Below, one piece after another: positions 48,151 to 62,249 of a stretch of 64,000 nucleotides of DNA (its first letter is position 1; each line of letters begins with the position of its first letter). The notes beneath the pieces were generated by a model. The model did no database searches, was not told where the DNA came from, and saw only the letters and a program-made list of their open reading frames with translations. The stretch spans positions 1,130,593-1,194,592 of the forward strand of contig MU063541.1 in the NCBI GenBank assembly GCA_013265495.1. Reading direction: 5' to 3'. Source of the DNA: Vicugna vicugna. Its lineage: Eukaryota. Made by a program: the position numbers and the translations under genes.

Positions 48151-49929
48151 CCAGTAACAACCGGGAAGGGATAATGGAGGTATCTATACTAGGAGTAAAT
48201 TCTAGAATCTGCGGAGCTTCACAGGCACATCCCTCAGCCACCCTCTGGGCCCTGCTGTACCTCATTACCCTAGTATAATGCTCCTGCCAGATGGGTGAGT
48301 AGGAAGAGCCAGCAGAGCTAGATGGGGAAATCCTGCTATTTTAGTGTGTTGAGGTGCCCAGAAAGCTGGGAATGTTACCTCGGAAAAAAGAAGAATTTTA
48401 GGGAACCAGATATTAACTGAAAAATAAGTAACCACTATCTAGGACATGGCATTGTATGTTTCTCCGTAACTCCACAAGGCAGAACTTGGCCAACGTTCCA
48501 TCAATGAGAGCTGTCTGAAAGTGGAAGGCTCTCTGTTATGGGGGAGTAGGGAGGAACAGATATGAGAACTCTTGGAACCCTAAGATTAACACCCATAGAC
48601 ACAATTTAGGAAACTCAATGTGGTACTGCTTTGGGTGATCACCCTGTACCAATATGACTATCAACTCAAAAGTAAGCTTAGGCATCAAATTCACGTGGCA
48701 ATATTCAGTCATCAAATGGTAGTTTAAAGAGTGTTACATATACTCAATTTCTTTTTAAAAACATAAAAATTTAAATTTTATTATAGAGAAATCTCGGATC
48801 CTACAAAATCTAAACGAGGATTCTAACTTGGATTCCAGAACTTTGGATTTGTACTGACATTCTGAGCTTGGTCATGACAGTCACATTGCCTGCCTACCTC
48901 CCAGAAAGGCTCTCCACTGAGCAAAAACTGCTCAGTTTGCAGTAAAATACAATGGGGAGTGTCTTACTTAAGCTGTGAACTGCAAGAATGGCAGGGTCCA
49001 CACACATCAGCACCACCATTCTCTATAACCACTCTTCATGGGTCATGTTTCATTAGACTTCATTCAACCTCTGTGAATCAATGAGAAAAGAAAATGTAGG
49101 GTTGGGAATTAGAATACCAGAAGTGGTTTCTGGTCCATAGTCTGCAGTTAGGTATCACTGTGATACATAAATATATTCTTTTTTAACAAGCACGAGTTTC
49201 AAGTCCCCTTCCCTATCTACCCCACAAAGTCACATAAGCTACAATAGATAAAACACAGAAAAGTTAAATCCATCTAACACATGTAAGGCTTTATTATTAC
49301 CTCTGACCTCCTCCTCTTGCCTGCACTGCATATAAGGCATCATGCTGACAGCAGTCTTGGCTCTGGAGAGATGAGTGTGGGTGACAGCTCTCAGCCTGAG
49401 CAGGTGTCTTTGCCTTCCAAAGTCAAACATAAATGATTGGGGATTATCTGCTGCTTTGTATTGTATTTACTTCTGCTCTTGCCACGATACAAAAACCAAG
49501 AGTTGACTATATTTAGTTGTCTTTTATTTGTTTTGTTTCCGTGAGTCAGATGGGAACTATTTCTTCCCACTCTATTCCTCTTCCCATGTTGAGAGTTTCC
49601 CCAAAGCAAAGATTATTTCCCTTTTTGGCCATCGGAACTCTCTGATGATAAGAATTTGTCCTTCCCTCAAACCTACCACAACGCAACCTGAATGGGAAAT
49701 CTCTAGAACAGAAACCTTGTCTTTGGGCTCTGCCTCAAGACCCAGGTGCCAATACTCAATAACAGGGGTGAGACCCAAGGGGCTGCAGCATTCAGTCAAG
49801 GCTGAAAATACACTGACACGTCAAAATTACCTTCTAATAACTGATTTCCTTCGGGATATGTATCAGACTATGGGATTTTTTGTGGTGGTAAAGAATTCAG
49901 AGGACCTAAGAGTAGTTAGATCCAGATAT

Positions 49930-50105
49930 GTATACTGATTTTGCCACTTACTAGCTACGTGACTGTGCGATTTACCAACCAATCTGGGCCACATCTCTTT
50001 GTGGAAAACGGGAATAGCTCTTACATTCTGGGCCTGTTGAGAGGATTAAATTAGGTGTTCTAAAACCCTTAACACAGAGCCTGGCATATAAGTGCTCATT
50101 CAAGA
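49930..50105 (+). mobile_element. MIR
   Basis: gccacttactagctacgtgact...gagaggattaaattagg...acagagcctggcatataagtgctca. Confidence 0.6.
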
Positions 50106-50422
50106 GTAATTGTGGAGGGCTGCTGCGGAGAGTGAAAGGCATACTGTGAGCGGAAGAGCTTCGTGGAGACCAGTACCTGGCGGCCGGGCAACGGCAAGAC
50201 CTGACAAAGCAGTCAGGTGTCCTTACTCAGGATCGGTGCTCGGCACACCACAATCCACCGCCTCTCAGGAGGCGTTGAGCTACCAACGACCAGGGGCCGC
50301 CAAGAGTCCCGAATGAGGAAAGGCGCCAACCTGGCTTCTTGCAGGAAGGGCTCTCCAGTGAGGCCCAAGACATTTGGGCTCCCAGTAGGTCGCACCCGCG
50401 GGCCTCAGGCCCTCTTACTTAC

Positions 50423-50700
50423 CCGGGAATGGTTATGGTCCTTAACGGCAGCCAATAACGGCTCACCTGTGGCCCAGGCACTAATAAGGGCAGGCTGAAA
50501 TCAACCCTGGATTCTGGAGCTCACGGCCGAAACCCTGAACCTGCATCAAACTACAACTCCCAGCATGCCAAGCGGCCTCCCGAATGGCTGAGCGTGGGCC
50601 TCGCCAACCTTGGGTACTTATTACCTCAGGCGCGGCCAAACTCCCAGGACTTCCGGGTAGTGCTGGCTCCCCACCCACGACAGCCTTCCCTCTTGATTTC
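50423..50700 (-). other. DCAKD: Candidate distal non-coding first exon of DCAKD, divergent from NMT1 (5' end not defined)
   Basis: Consensus minus-strand donor CGG|gtaagt at 50422-50417; a second possible donor GAG|gtaata at 50624-50619; located in the NMT1 CpG island. Confidence 0.5.
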
Positions 50701-50858
50701 TGGGTATTGTAGTCCACCTTGTTTCAGTTTCCCTGGTACGAGCTGCCCCTAGTTACTGCTACCTTCGCCACAAAAAACTACAAAACCCAGAATATTGCGC
50801 AAGTTTCCCTCGTCCAATAGGAACGCCCCATGTAGGTAGGCGCGGAGGCCGGCTCTAG

Positions 50859-50999
<141 letters not shown>

Positions 51000-52809
51000 T
51001 AACGAGATCCTCGGAATCCAATTCCCGTCCAGTCCCGCACAACCTGGGTTTCTGGGGTGCGGGGAAGTCACCGGGAGCTTAGTGTAACCCCACCCCCCTG
51101 TTCTTATTGGCTGAGACATTGGAATCCTGCCTGGCGATTGGTTGTTGTCTTTGTCATTTATCAGGGGTGTTTAGTATAGTAAGGCCCAGAGACATTCAAT
51201 ACTTTTATTATGTGAAAGTTCTGTGTAATGTTCCACTCGTGTGCCTCAGGCGCGTCCGGGGAAAAGAGCATGTTGGACGATGGTCTTCGATAGCACAACA
51301 CGGGTTAATTCAACAGTACAGTTCAAAGGGAACGTTACAGAGGTGTTGTGTGAACAACGTGATTAGCAGTAAACGAATAATAAAAACCTGGGAATGGTTA
51401 TGGAGTTCACCTTCAATGAGGAAATTTATCAGGCTATACCAACCATAATTATGTTGTAAAATATTACTACCAGAGAATCCTAAGATATAAATTCCCCTTA
51501 TAAACCCTGCGTAATTACTGTGTGATGTATATGGTGTCCGTTGCTCCAAATAATCCATGTTTCCCGAACGATGTATAATTAGATCTTACAGTATCTTTGC
51601 TCTGTTAATTTGCGAAATAGCCTCGAGCTTCAAGAAATTGAGTGATGGTGCTTCCTGGGACAGTGTTTGAAAGTGTTTTAATACTGCGTGTCCTGTACTT
51701 TATAGAGAATTGTCTACTGTTCTTCGAGTCGAAGAAATGCGTCAAGCCTTTGAGTGTTGAGCTTCCAAATTTAGTTTTCACTCTTGTAAGCCACACCCTG
51801 TCATTTCTCTTTCTCCATGTTGTTAACAGTGGCTGGCACTGATGCTCACTCTCCCTGTCTATATTTACATATATGTTTTCTAATGAAGAGTCATGAGAGG
51901 CTGTTTTGGGTATATAACTTTGACCGAGTCTGTAGTAGTCTGATTTTCATAGCCATCCTGTCATTTGCAGTATTGGTTGGTGGTAGTCCTGGAGGTAAAT
52001 GTAGAAGGTTGAGATCTTTGGATAAACTTTAAAGAGAAATGTTGCTACGCTGAGGCCATGGGAGAACAAAGGATTATTTAAGTGGTTTATAATCTGTGAT
52101 AAATGCTTAGGTTAAAGGATCCAGCTTTATGTTCTTCAGTTGGCATTAAAAGTCACAAGAATGTAGAGGAAAAAGGAAGCTTGTCAAATTTGGGTTTTGT
52201 AAGACTATTCTTTTGCACATAGATCTAATGTAGTAAAAGCCTTGTTTTGAAGTTTGAGATTCCTGAGAAAGAGCTGAAAAAGAGGAAGTAGGAACAGGAA
52301 GGAGGGAAAGTGTAGCCCTTCTGAGTCGAGATCCCAATCATATGTGAGAGCTGTTGAATTGAATTCGAAATTCATTTCAGAAGTGAAAGTGTGGTTTCTT
52401 CCTTTGCCCTGTGTGTAGTTGCTTTTATTTTTCATTGCTAAGCTGTTGCCCTGACCTGTGTCTGTAGCTCTTTAATTGGCTTTTTTCCCTATAATCTATG
52501 AATCACTTTACAAAACTGTTTGGCAGAAAATTCTGTTTTGTTTATAGTACAACAAAGTGGTAATCTGAAAAGAAAAAAAAAACCTTTGGAGGTGTTTTGT
52601 TGTTATTGCTGTACATGGTTGTGGTCTGGGTGAACAAATTCAGTTTATTAGCATCCTGAATCTAGACATCTGTATAAATGAGGTTGGAGGTAGCAGGTGA
52701 AAAACAGAGGACCCAGCCTGGAAGACACAGTCTAGTTCTGGCTCTTAGAATCTGGGATAGAGTCAACATTTTCCCATTAATTATCAGAGGAAGTGGTTTG
52801 GGGAAGAAG

Positions 52810-52950
52810 CTGTGTGGCACACTGGAAAAAGCATAGACTTTGGAATCATTCAAACATGAGTTCAAAGCCTAGTTCTGACACTTAATAGTCCTGTGACCTT
52901 GGGAAAGTTACTTAACCCCCAGTTGTAGAGATTAAATGAGATAACATCTG
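52810..52950 (+). mobile_element. MIR
   Basis: gagttcaaagcctagttctgacacttaatagtcctgtgaccttgggaaagttacttaacc. Confidence 0.65.
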
Positions 52951-55900
52951 GAACGCAGCCTTCCCTCTTCTAATCTTCAAAGCTCCTTCCCCCAGCTTTC
53001 CCTCACCCTCTTGTCACTTACTGTATTTTTTGTAGCTTTTATCATCATAATAGTTAAATAACAGTCCCTGTCTCACCTGACTATGAGGTGTCTCAGAACA
53101 GGGATCCTGTCTTTGAGATGCCTGGCAATTAGTGGGTGTTAATGAGTATTTGCTGGATGAATGAATGACAGATTAGTTGAAGTTTGTGGCCCAATCTCAA
53201 TTTTGAAGTTTCATTTCTCCTCACTGAGGGGAGGGATGTAAGATTTTTCTTACATATACATTTTTCTTCCCCAAAGAATTCTCACTGTAAGCCTTACTAC
53301 AGTTTTTGTGAAATACTCGCAGAAATCAAGGATCCTCTAACTTGACATGGAGGTTTTCCACTGTCTTTTGGCTTCTTGAAGTTTTTCTTGTCTTTAGTCA
53401 ATATTATATAGAATGTTTTCAAAAGTGATATAAGAATTGAAGAGGAATATCTCCTTTTGATGCTAACAATTCTAAAAGGTGATATTCAATAAAAGTTAAC
53501 GATAGTTCAAACTAACCCTGGTTCTCTTGAGCCTTTCTTTCAGGATGGGCTCAGTGCTTTACACTAATGAAGTGAGCTATGTTCATGCACTGGAATAATA
53601 AGGAAAGCAGTTAGGCTACTTTATTTTGCCCCTTTGTGTATAAGTTTAGTTCTTGATTTTTCTAGTCATATGTTTCTTCTATAATTAAATAAACATTTGG
53701 TGAGTATAAATTTCATATATACATATATGTGCCCATGCATACATATAAGATATATGTGTGTGTACATAAATGTGTCAGTCTGCAGTTTTTCTGTCTGCTG
53801 GTTTTTTTTTTTAAATCCACTCAACAGAGGGGGAAAAAAGAGGGTAGCATTTTCCTCTCAGCTACTTGCCTGGCATAAGTTACCCTAAGCAACCGAGAGA
53901 CTAAGATCATCTTTCTGCTGCATCCCCCTGCAGGTTGTGATTCATCTAAATGCTTTAATTTGCTTGCTTGTTTTTAGTGAGAGACTTATCACTAAAGAAC
54001 AAACCTTATCAGCTGGCAGTAGATTTTAATTGTGGGTTAACAAAGTTATCTGGGTGTTTTGGAACAGGAAAGAACATTTAGACTGTTCTCTTCCTAGGAT
54101 TCTTTTGGAATTTATTTTGCAGTGTCATCAATATCATTAAGATACTGGTAAGCCATGGATCAAGAATACTTGATAATGGATGTCTGTTTCCCATTCTGCA
54201 ATCTTACTCCATAGGGACAGGTTCAGATGGGTTCTTACAAGTTTCCCTCACTTCCTAATCATGAGATATTATCCCTTATGAAGAAACTTAAGAGAAAAGA
54301 AAGGTCTTTTTGGAAGGATTCCATAAAGCTAATCTTACTTGCTTTTGTTTTATTCTTCAGATTCTCCCAGAGTGGTTCTTCCTGCATTTATTTGATGGCT
54401 TATAGCTCTTAGAAGGAAGAAATCTTTTTAGTTCCTTTTTCTTAATTTCTCCCTTCAGCCTTTGGTTTTTCAAAACTAGATCAAAGCAGAAATGAAAAGA
54501 GAAACCTCATCACTGATATCAAATAAGTGTTCTAATTTTATTTCCCAATTAAGTGGCAATTTAAAAAGAAACTAATCAAGAGCTTCTTCAAAGAGAAGAG
54601 ACTGGAAAGCAGAAGAAATGAAAAGTAAATGAGAGCCTATTTCAGGGAGACTGCTGCTCATGGCAGAACAGTTTTGCTGATTTTTCACATTGTTTAACTC
54701 ATGTGCTCACTCTAAAATTTCCCAGCTTTACTAAGTCTACCATTAACCCTTCTCCTGCAGATTCCATAGTCTTTGGGATCATAAATCTAGTAACTGTAGG
54801 AAGATGCTTCTCTAACTCTTCCTCTTTAACCTTTCATCTGAAACCTCTGCCCTGCAAGCCTCTCTTCCAATTTCCCAAGAATGGTGCTCTTGTGATTGTT
54901 GCCTTTAAGGCACACAAAACATGATGTTCTCCATTGAGAGCACCAAAGCAGAAATGAAACTAATATTGTTAGGGTCAGAACTTGCCTCAGAATGTTTTCT
55001 ACTGCTGCTGACTTTGAGAAGCAGCTGAGGAGGCATCACTATTGTAAAGTGTTCAGTCACTGTTATCTGTTGCTAAATTATTTTATGCTAAGTGCTGTGC
55101 TAAACCCTTTACATAGATTAGCTCATGTAGACTTCGCTTATAAAGACTAATTTTGCTTTTGTAATGAGGCTTGGGATTCCATTTCCACCTCTCCCTTTGA
55201 CGCCCTGGAGGATCCATTCTGAACTGGCTGGATTTCTTTTTCCTGCTGCACTGACTTCTTCATCTGACTCCACAGCAGTTTGGATCCATTCATTGACCCA
55301 TGGACTTTCCCAAGCTAGGGAGCCAGTTGGTGATGGAGGTGGGTGGCCCCTTTAAACTCTCCTTGATAGACCGATATGTTTTTCAGAGTTTATTCCAGTG
55401 TGTGAAATTGCTGCCCCTATCAAGTCACTGCTCAGAAAATTATTGAAAACGGTCTCTGAACAGCATTTGAGTTGACCTTGGAGTTGTCAGGTTGCAGTCT
55501 AGCTCACCAAACCAACCCAGAGTATGTAGAATGTACATCTCTGTCTCATTCCCATTTTAAACCACCAAGTATATCAGAGCTTTTGTGACCCCCTACAGAG
55601 TAGTTTTCCTCCATGATGGGAATTGGCTTGTTCACCCTAAAAACTCTGGCTAACTGTCCCAGGAAAGGCAGAAGGTGGCAGTAAAAGCAATCTTTTGTAA
55701 TCCCTTCCCACAACCTGCTGTTCTTTTCACAGGCCTCCTGGGTACCTTGATGGCAGTAGTAAAGTGTTTTTATTTTTACTGTCACTTAGGATTCACAAGT
55801 AGTTTTTTTTAATAAGAATAACTGATTAGTGGGAGTTTGCAGGGTTTGGGATTGCATTAGGTGATCCTGCAGTCACAGCAGTACAGACGATCAGCTGCTG

Positions 55901-58900
55901 ATACTGGTTCAGGCCATGTGGTTTCCACCTGGGTACCCTTGTAAATGCCCCTGCATTCACCTGGCTTTGGGCCTCCTGAGTACTGTACCAATAGGATTGC
56001 TGGTGAACATATCATACCTAAATAGATTTGCAGAAGGGTTTCCTGATGTCTGCAAGTGGAATCAAAAAGGTATTCGAGGCTACAATTTATTCAGTAAGTT
56101 TCTCTGGAAATGCTGAATTTCAGCCTAATGAATTAACTTCTAGTTTTTAGGAGTGGAAAGCTAGTAGCTGAAAGTTACAAATTTTATTTTCTAAACTCTT
56201 TTCCTTTGATATCATAATCAAAACTAATTTCATGGTCTGCATTTAAGAAGTAGTTACAGTGGAGCTTCTTAAACTTTTACAGGAATAGAACAGGTCCTAA
56301 GGAGGGAGAAGACAACTAATAAGAAAGTGGATGATTTAATAAGAAATTTGATAATTTAGAGTCTCAAACAGTGGCTCAACTCCTTTCATAGAGCAGTAAC
56401 ACAGCTGTCCTATGGAAACATTGCTAAAGATATTTTGCTGACCCTCTTTTGGGCTCTAGCTATTCCAGTTTTTATTTTAGTCGATTATGCCAGGAAGGCA
56501 TCAGTCAAGCACATACTTGTTGAACTCTCAACTGTGTGCTCAGCACAACTAGAGGTGCTGTGGAAAACAGCTGTGTAAGATGTGGTCCCTAGACTCAGGA
56601 AATGTTTAATCTCATTGGGAAGCCAGGAGGCAACAGATTGTTATAAATTGTTAAATCAAGTGGGAGATCGTCATCTTAAACAGACATCAGTTGGAATGAG
56701 AGCTAGAGTAGTCAGAGGAGGCTTTCTGGATAAAACGTGGCTTAACTCTCCTCATTGTCTTTAATATCTGCCCCTCTGATACACAAAAATTTGTTTTAGG
56801 GCTCTTGAAGATTCTCAGATAAACTCTTCCAGGGAATGAGACTTCAGTGTTTGGGGAGGATTATGGGCCAAGTCGTTGGATTGGTGACTGCTCCCTGGAT
56901 ACTGGTTGGTTAGTTGATGATCAGTTTGCCTCATGTCTCTGGACCTTGGTTTCCTCTTCTGTAAACAATGGGTTAAGCCAGATGGCCCTGAGATTCCTTC
57001 CAGCTCTGGTGGTTTAGCTCCAGCAGTAACAGCTTTCTGTTTCTCAGCCACCGTGGATTTTGTCCTGGATGGGGTGGAGGGGAGGCCTGCACTGCTTGTG
57101 TCTAGAAGTTTGCTGCTCCTGCCGTTCCTCTCTCAGTTCCCCTTCCCTCCCACTGCGTGCACACCCTGGTGCTGCATTCTGTTTCTAGAAATAAGTGCTG
57201 GGGTTCGTTTTCCATCTCCTCACGCAGCTCTGACTTTATACCAGAGCATCCATAGGATTCCTTGTATGTTTGAACTTAAGAGTATTTTGGCCTTCATTTA
57301 AAAATGACATTTCTTCATTGCTTTTCTTCCCTGTTCCTGGATCTGTCATTCTCTTTCATCTCGTATTCACTAGGTTGGTCATTAATGACTTGAGTTGATC
57401 TACTTAATTTTTTTAAATTTTACTTTAGAATGTAAATTTCAAAAAATTTTTATGTGAACTCCCATCTCCCTTTCCATTGCAGGCATCCTGCTCCCCACTG
57501 ATGAAAAAAAACCAACAAGTATCACTAAGTCTCTTCTTATTATTTTGGAACCAAATGAACCAACATTAGACTTTGATTTGCTGTATTCCAGTGTTCTGGC
57601 CAATCTCTTTGAAGTATGTCAAGGTTTAAAGAGATCTTTATCTCTTTAATCTGGCAGATTTAAAGAGATCTCTGAGAGATTTCTGTTTTGATTTACAGAA
57701 TCTCAGCATGCCCTGGGATAGCTACTGGTGGGTGTGGATTCCAGGTCCCTTTAAAAATGAAACCATATTCTTTTGAGGAGTACTAGCCTGGCTTTCATGG
57801 GGTCCTCTGGTTTGATTCTTCCCAAATCCAAACTGAGGACCATCCTTCTGTGAAATGGTATTGGCTTTCCAAGATGCTTCTTGAAGACCTATTCTCTAGG
57901 CCTCTGAGCTTGATTTCTTCTGGATAATTAAAATTATTATAATCACCTAAAGAGCTAACCCTAGTGGGCTCCTTGGAAGTCTCGTCTCTCGAGTCAGTTG
58001 TCTTCCTGTTTGGGTTGTTGACTATAAAGCCACTGAGCTCATAATGTTCTCATGGATTTAGCTCAGTACCTGGTAGCTTGGTGACAGTGACTTTTAAACT
58101 TCCCTTTGTTCTTCAGGTGTCTCTGTATGCTTGATGTACAAGTTGAGACAGGATTGTTGCTAAGCAGCTGCATGTGCAAATTCAGGCCAACACAAGGAAA
58201 ATGAAATTAGCTCTCTGGTTTTAGTTTGGGTTTTAGAGTTTGCCAGCCCTTTGTATTAATAATGCATAAAACAGAACAAGAGTTCATCCCAAGGCCCTTT
58301 TACAAAAATGGGGTCCATGAAGAGATGGCTGCACAGAAGCACCTCTACTGAGTAGCAAGGGCAAAGGCAGGAAGGGATTTTTTTTAGTGATTTTGCCTGC
58401 TTGTAAAGATTCTACAGTTGGAGGAAGTAATTTCTTTGCTTTTCCTTATGTGAAATGATGTTTAGTAAGTATCCAGTTGGTTCATATGCAGCAGTTTTTC
58501 ACATTGACCTTTTTGATTCTTTTTTCCATAAAAACAATTCTTACGGTGATTCATATACAGCGACCAGATAATTCATTTCATAGCTGAAGTGAATAAGGAC
58601 TTATACATTGTATCAGCAGTGGGTCGCTGCTTTGTCTCCTAACGTCAACCAGCTTTTAAACCTTACAATGCTGCATACAATCCTGAGACTGAAGTGAGAC
58701 TATCTCTGGAATAAGAAAACCATATTGAGTTGTCATAGGCTGCAAACAGGCCTGTGCATTATAACAAAATTGAGATAATAAGAGGAAAATGTTATCTTCA
58801 GTCTATAAATGGCTTTATGGTTCCTGTTCTTTGCCATGGCCTTGAGGGGTTTTGCTGAGCATCTGGTTTTAAGGAGTTCACCTTATTCCCCCTCTGCATG

Positions 58901-60851
58901 TTATCAGTCTTCCTTCCGTGTTATGCTTTCTGTGTCTCATTTATATAATGCCTAGGAGGTGCACTTGCATCTGGACTTCTCGACGTTATGCTTGAACTGA
59001 TCTCCAAGCCTTTACTTGATCTCCCTGACTTCAGTCTTTCTGCATCAGGGGCCTGATGTGAGGCCTGGCCAGATAGGTGCAGGCACAGTTATTCCAGAGC
59101 AGGGGAGGTAAGGTTGATCAGCCAGATGGGAACTGAGTGTGATGGGCTGAAGGGAAAGTTGGGCTCAATACCTTGTAGGATAAGAAACTGCTGTTACTGT
59201 AGGCTTTTAAGCATGGGAAGGACACGTGGAAAGCCATTTTCACAGAGGTGAGTCCCACTGCTGTGTAGACTTTAGGATGTAGAGTTTAGGAGAAGTTGTG
59301 AAGTCAGGGAGATCCAGGAAAGGCTGGAGATAGCTTTAGTCTGAGTGTAAGGTCATGAAGTCTGGATGCTAATATTTCTGCCAGGACTGAGAAGAGAGAA
59401 GTCTGAAGACATTCTACGACAGGAAATGGCAGCATGTTGTCACTGATTGCCTTCTCCCTACCACGTGCTGTGAGATGACAATATTTGTAATAACTCCAGG
59501 GCATTTTAAGACCATGAAGCCTTGTGAATTACAAAATAAAGCTTAAATGGTATTTACCATAATGGTACTGAAAATGTACTTTATACTATTTTAATTCTTT
59601 GAAAATTGGTTTCGACTATACAGCTAAAACAATAACCTGCACTTAGCTGATCCTGCAGATTATGGTTCACTGTACCCTTGGGTTGGACTCCTAATTTTGA
59701 TGGAAGATTTAATTTAATGGAAGATTTCCAGGGATAATGGCAGAAGGGATAATCCATTATTACTCCCAGTCCAACAATGCCCAGACCAGTTTAGACGTGG
59801 CAGAAACCAACTGTGACAGTAATTAGGGAAGCAAGCTGCAAGGTGAATCTTAAAATATGTGAATAAAATAAAGGAAACCCACAATCAAAGCTATTACCCT
59901 AAAATGAACGAGATTTGGGAGAAAACAATTGAGAACAAACGATTGAAAAGTGTTAGAGAAATACAGTATATGATTTGGGTCTCAATAGTGCTATTGAGAG
60001 ACAATACAAAAAATGATAATAAAAGCTTGCAGGAAACTGTTAAATGTGTCTAAGAAACTGTTTTTGCTACAGTCACTGGGTGTGTCATGCAGAGGGAAAG
60101 TGGCAAGAGGAAATCCCTGTTAATGTGGTTCACACGCACACACATTTCATGTAAATCTCTTCTTCGCGAGAGTGGCTGGGTGTTCATTGTTGTTTTCCCA
60201 AGATTCCTGGTGCTGGGTTTTGCCTGTAGTGATTACCCAGCCTGAACCAACTGACAGTTGTCCTCCATCCTACAGGCCTGATTTGGGCATTTCTCATGAT
60301 TAACTGTTTTGGACACAGATCACAGCAACATTAAACTGCCTTTTTGCTGTTCCTCCCTTTCCAGTACTGTCTTGTGCTTTAGGGGCAACTCATAAAACCT
60401 AATGCATTGGGAGGGTGGGAGTGGAGATGAGGAAAAGTTTCCAAAAGGACCACTTTGGGCTGTCATCCTTTTAAATTCTGGGCTTTAAGGAAGTGTTGGG
60501 GGTATTAATGCCCCATTAACAATTATCATGTGCCTTTGGTGCCAGCAACCTGGCAATCTAAAGAAAATAAACCACATAAAATAAAAGCAAGAACAGAAAA
60601 GTTTCTTCCAAACAAATAGAACATTCCTTGCACATCGCTCCCTTTCTGGGCACTGGTGGCAGTGGAGAGGAGAGCTGTGTCTGCTAGTGTCCTCTGAATG
60701 CCCCTTCTGGGGCCTGGATTCTCTAGTCAGCTTCTGAAGCCAACAGTCTTGATTAAGGAAGGTCTGGCTCCACAGAAAGCTCTTTGTCAGTGTAGCTCAA
60801 AACGGATGATTTTTTTAAGAACCTTGCATCAGTATTTCCTTTGTCTTACAG

Positions 60852-60960
60852 TGGTTTCAGTCCAGCCAACGACACTGGAGCCAAAAAGAAGAAAAAGAAA
60901 CAAAAAAAGAAGAAAGAGAAAGGCAATGAGACAGACTCAGCCCAGGATCAGCCTGTGAAG
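60852..60960 (+). CDS. NMT1: NMT1 exon 2, (G)[36 protein letters not shown], containing the polylysine box
   Basis: Acceptor tttcctttgtcttacag| at 60851; donor AAG|gtaaca at 60961; 109 nt; 131+109=240 nt = 80 codons. Confidence 0.96.
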
Positions 60961-62249
60961 GTAACAAGCGGGCTCTGTTTTCTTGTGACTGAGAGTCACT
61001 TTTTCAGATGAGAGCGTTTGGGGGTAAATGTATAGGAACAATGTAGATTGATGATCTCCACTGGTATGACTTCAAGATGGAGGCATTAGATCCCTCTGCT
61101 GCCCCCTGCTGCCCTAGACCTAGGTGATGGAACTGCTGTTGGACCTTAAAAGGGGCGGCAGGTTAGACAGTGACTCCCAGGCGTGGTGCCCCCTCAGAAC
61201 TTACAGGTACACAGCTGCTGTGCTAGGTGCCACAGAGTGGTTCCTTTGTGACAGCCCCTGTTGCCTAGAGCAGTGTTCTTGGCTTTTTCTCTCTGATTCA
61301 CCACCATTGTGAGAATAAAAGGCCTCTTCTTTTGAAGGCAGACCTTTTTGTGTTGCAAGCATTCTCTTGATGCCATAGTCATTATAATGAGAACTGGAGC
61401 TTCCACAGAGCTCATTTCTGAGTTCCACTGTTGAGAACCACTGGCCTTACGATCTAAGACTGACACACTGACATGAAACCCAGAAGTATGGGTACAGATT
61501 GTTTTGTTTTATAAATTAAACAACATTTAAAAACATTAAAAAACTTTATTTCAGGTGAGTGCTGTCCTCTTCAAAGTAGGCTCTGGAGGAAGTTCAAACA
61601 TGGCCATAATTCCTGTTGTAGAATTGCCTCAGTTTATAAGCTTCACAAGAAATCCAGTCTCACCAGTATGCCTGCACTTTGCTTTGTGCCTGAAACGTTA
61701 TGCTCCAACTTGAATTTTCTACCTTATTGAGATACGACTTCCAAGTCTTTTTTTTTAACCCCCACTATTTTCAATGAGAAAAAAGTCACACCATTGTAGA
61801 CTACCATGTTGGCAAGCTAGGTTTTTTCCAGGCACTTCATTTAAATTAACCTCCAGCTTCAACTTCCCTACAAGGTAGGTGGGGAGTCTTCCCATTTTAA
61901 AGATGAGAGGAGTGTCTTTACCTGGGTGTTTCAGTCAGGAATCCTAGCCCAGGCCCTGCTTCAGCTTTAAGGATTCTTTTTTGTTTGTCTGGGGTGGGTG
62001 TTTGGATGACTCCAGGGGGATTTGTGCTCAGGCCTGTATCGAAATGGTTCTCTTTGAAATTAGAAAATCTCAACAAGACACTGTTTACATTGCCCTTCCG
62101 TTTTTCTCTTTATGAGAGTGATGCAATTCATCATACAGAATTTAGGAAAAAACAGCAAGAGGAAGAAAATTAAAATCACTCATAGTCCTACCTCCCAGGA
62201 ATAAGCATTGTAAACATGCTCATTTATATTCTTTCTTTCCTTCACAAGC

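Noticed and set aside
58558-58629. 8-bp inverted repeat CAGCGACC/GGTCGCTG enclosing ~55 nt in NMT1 intron 1 (possible snoRNA)
   Set aside because: No properly placed C/D or H/ACA boxes.
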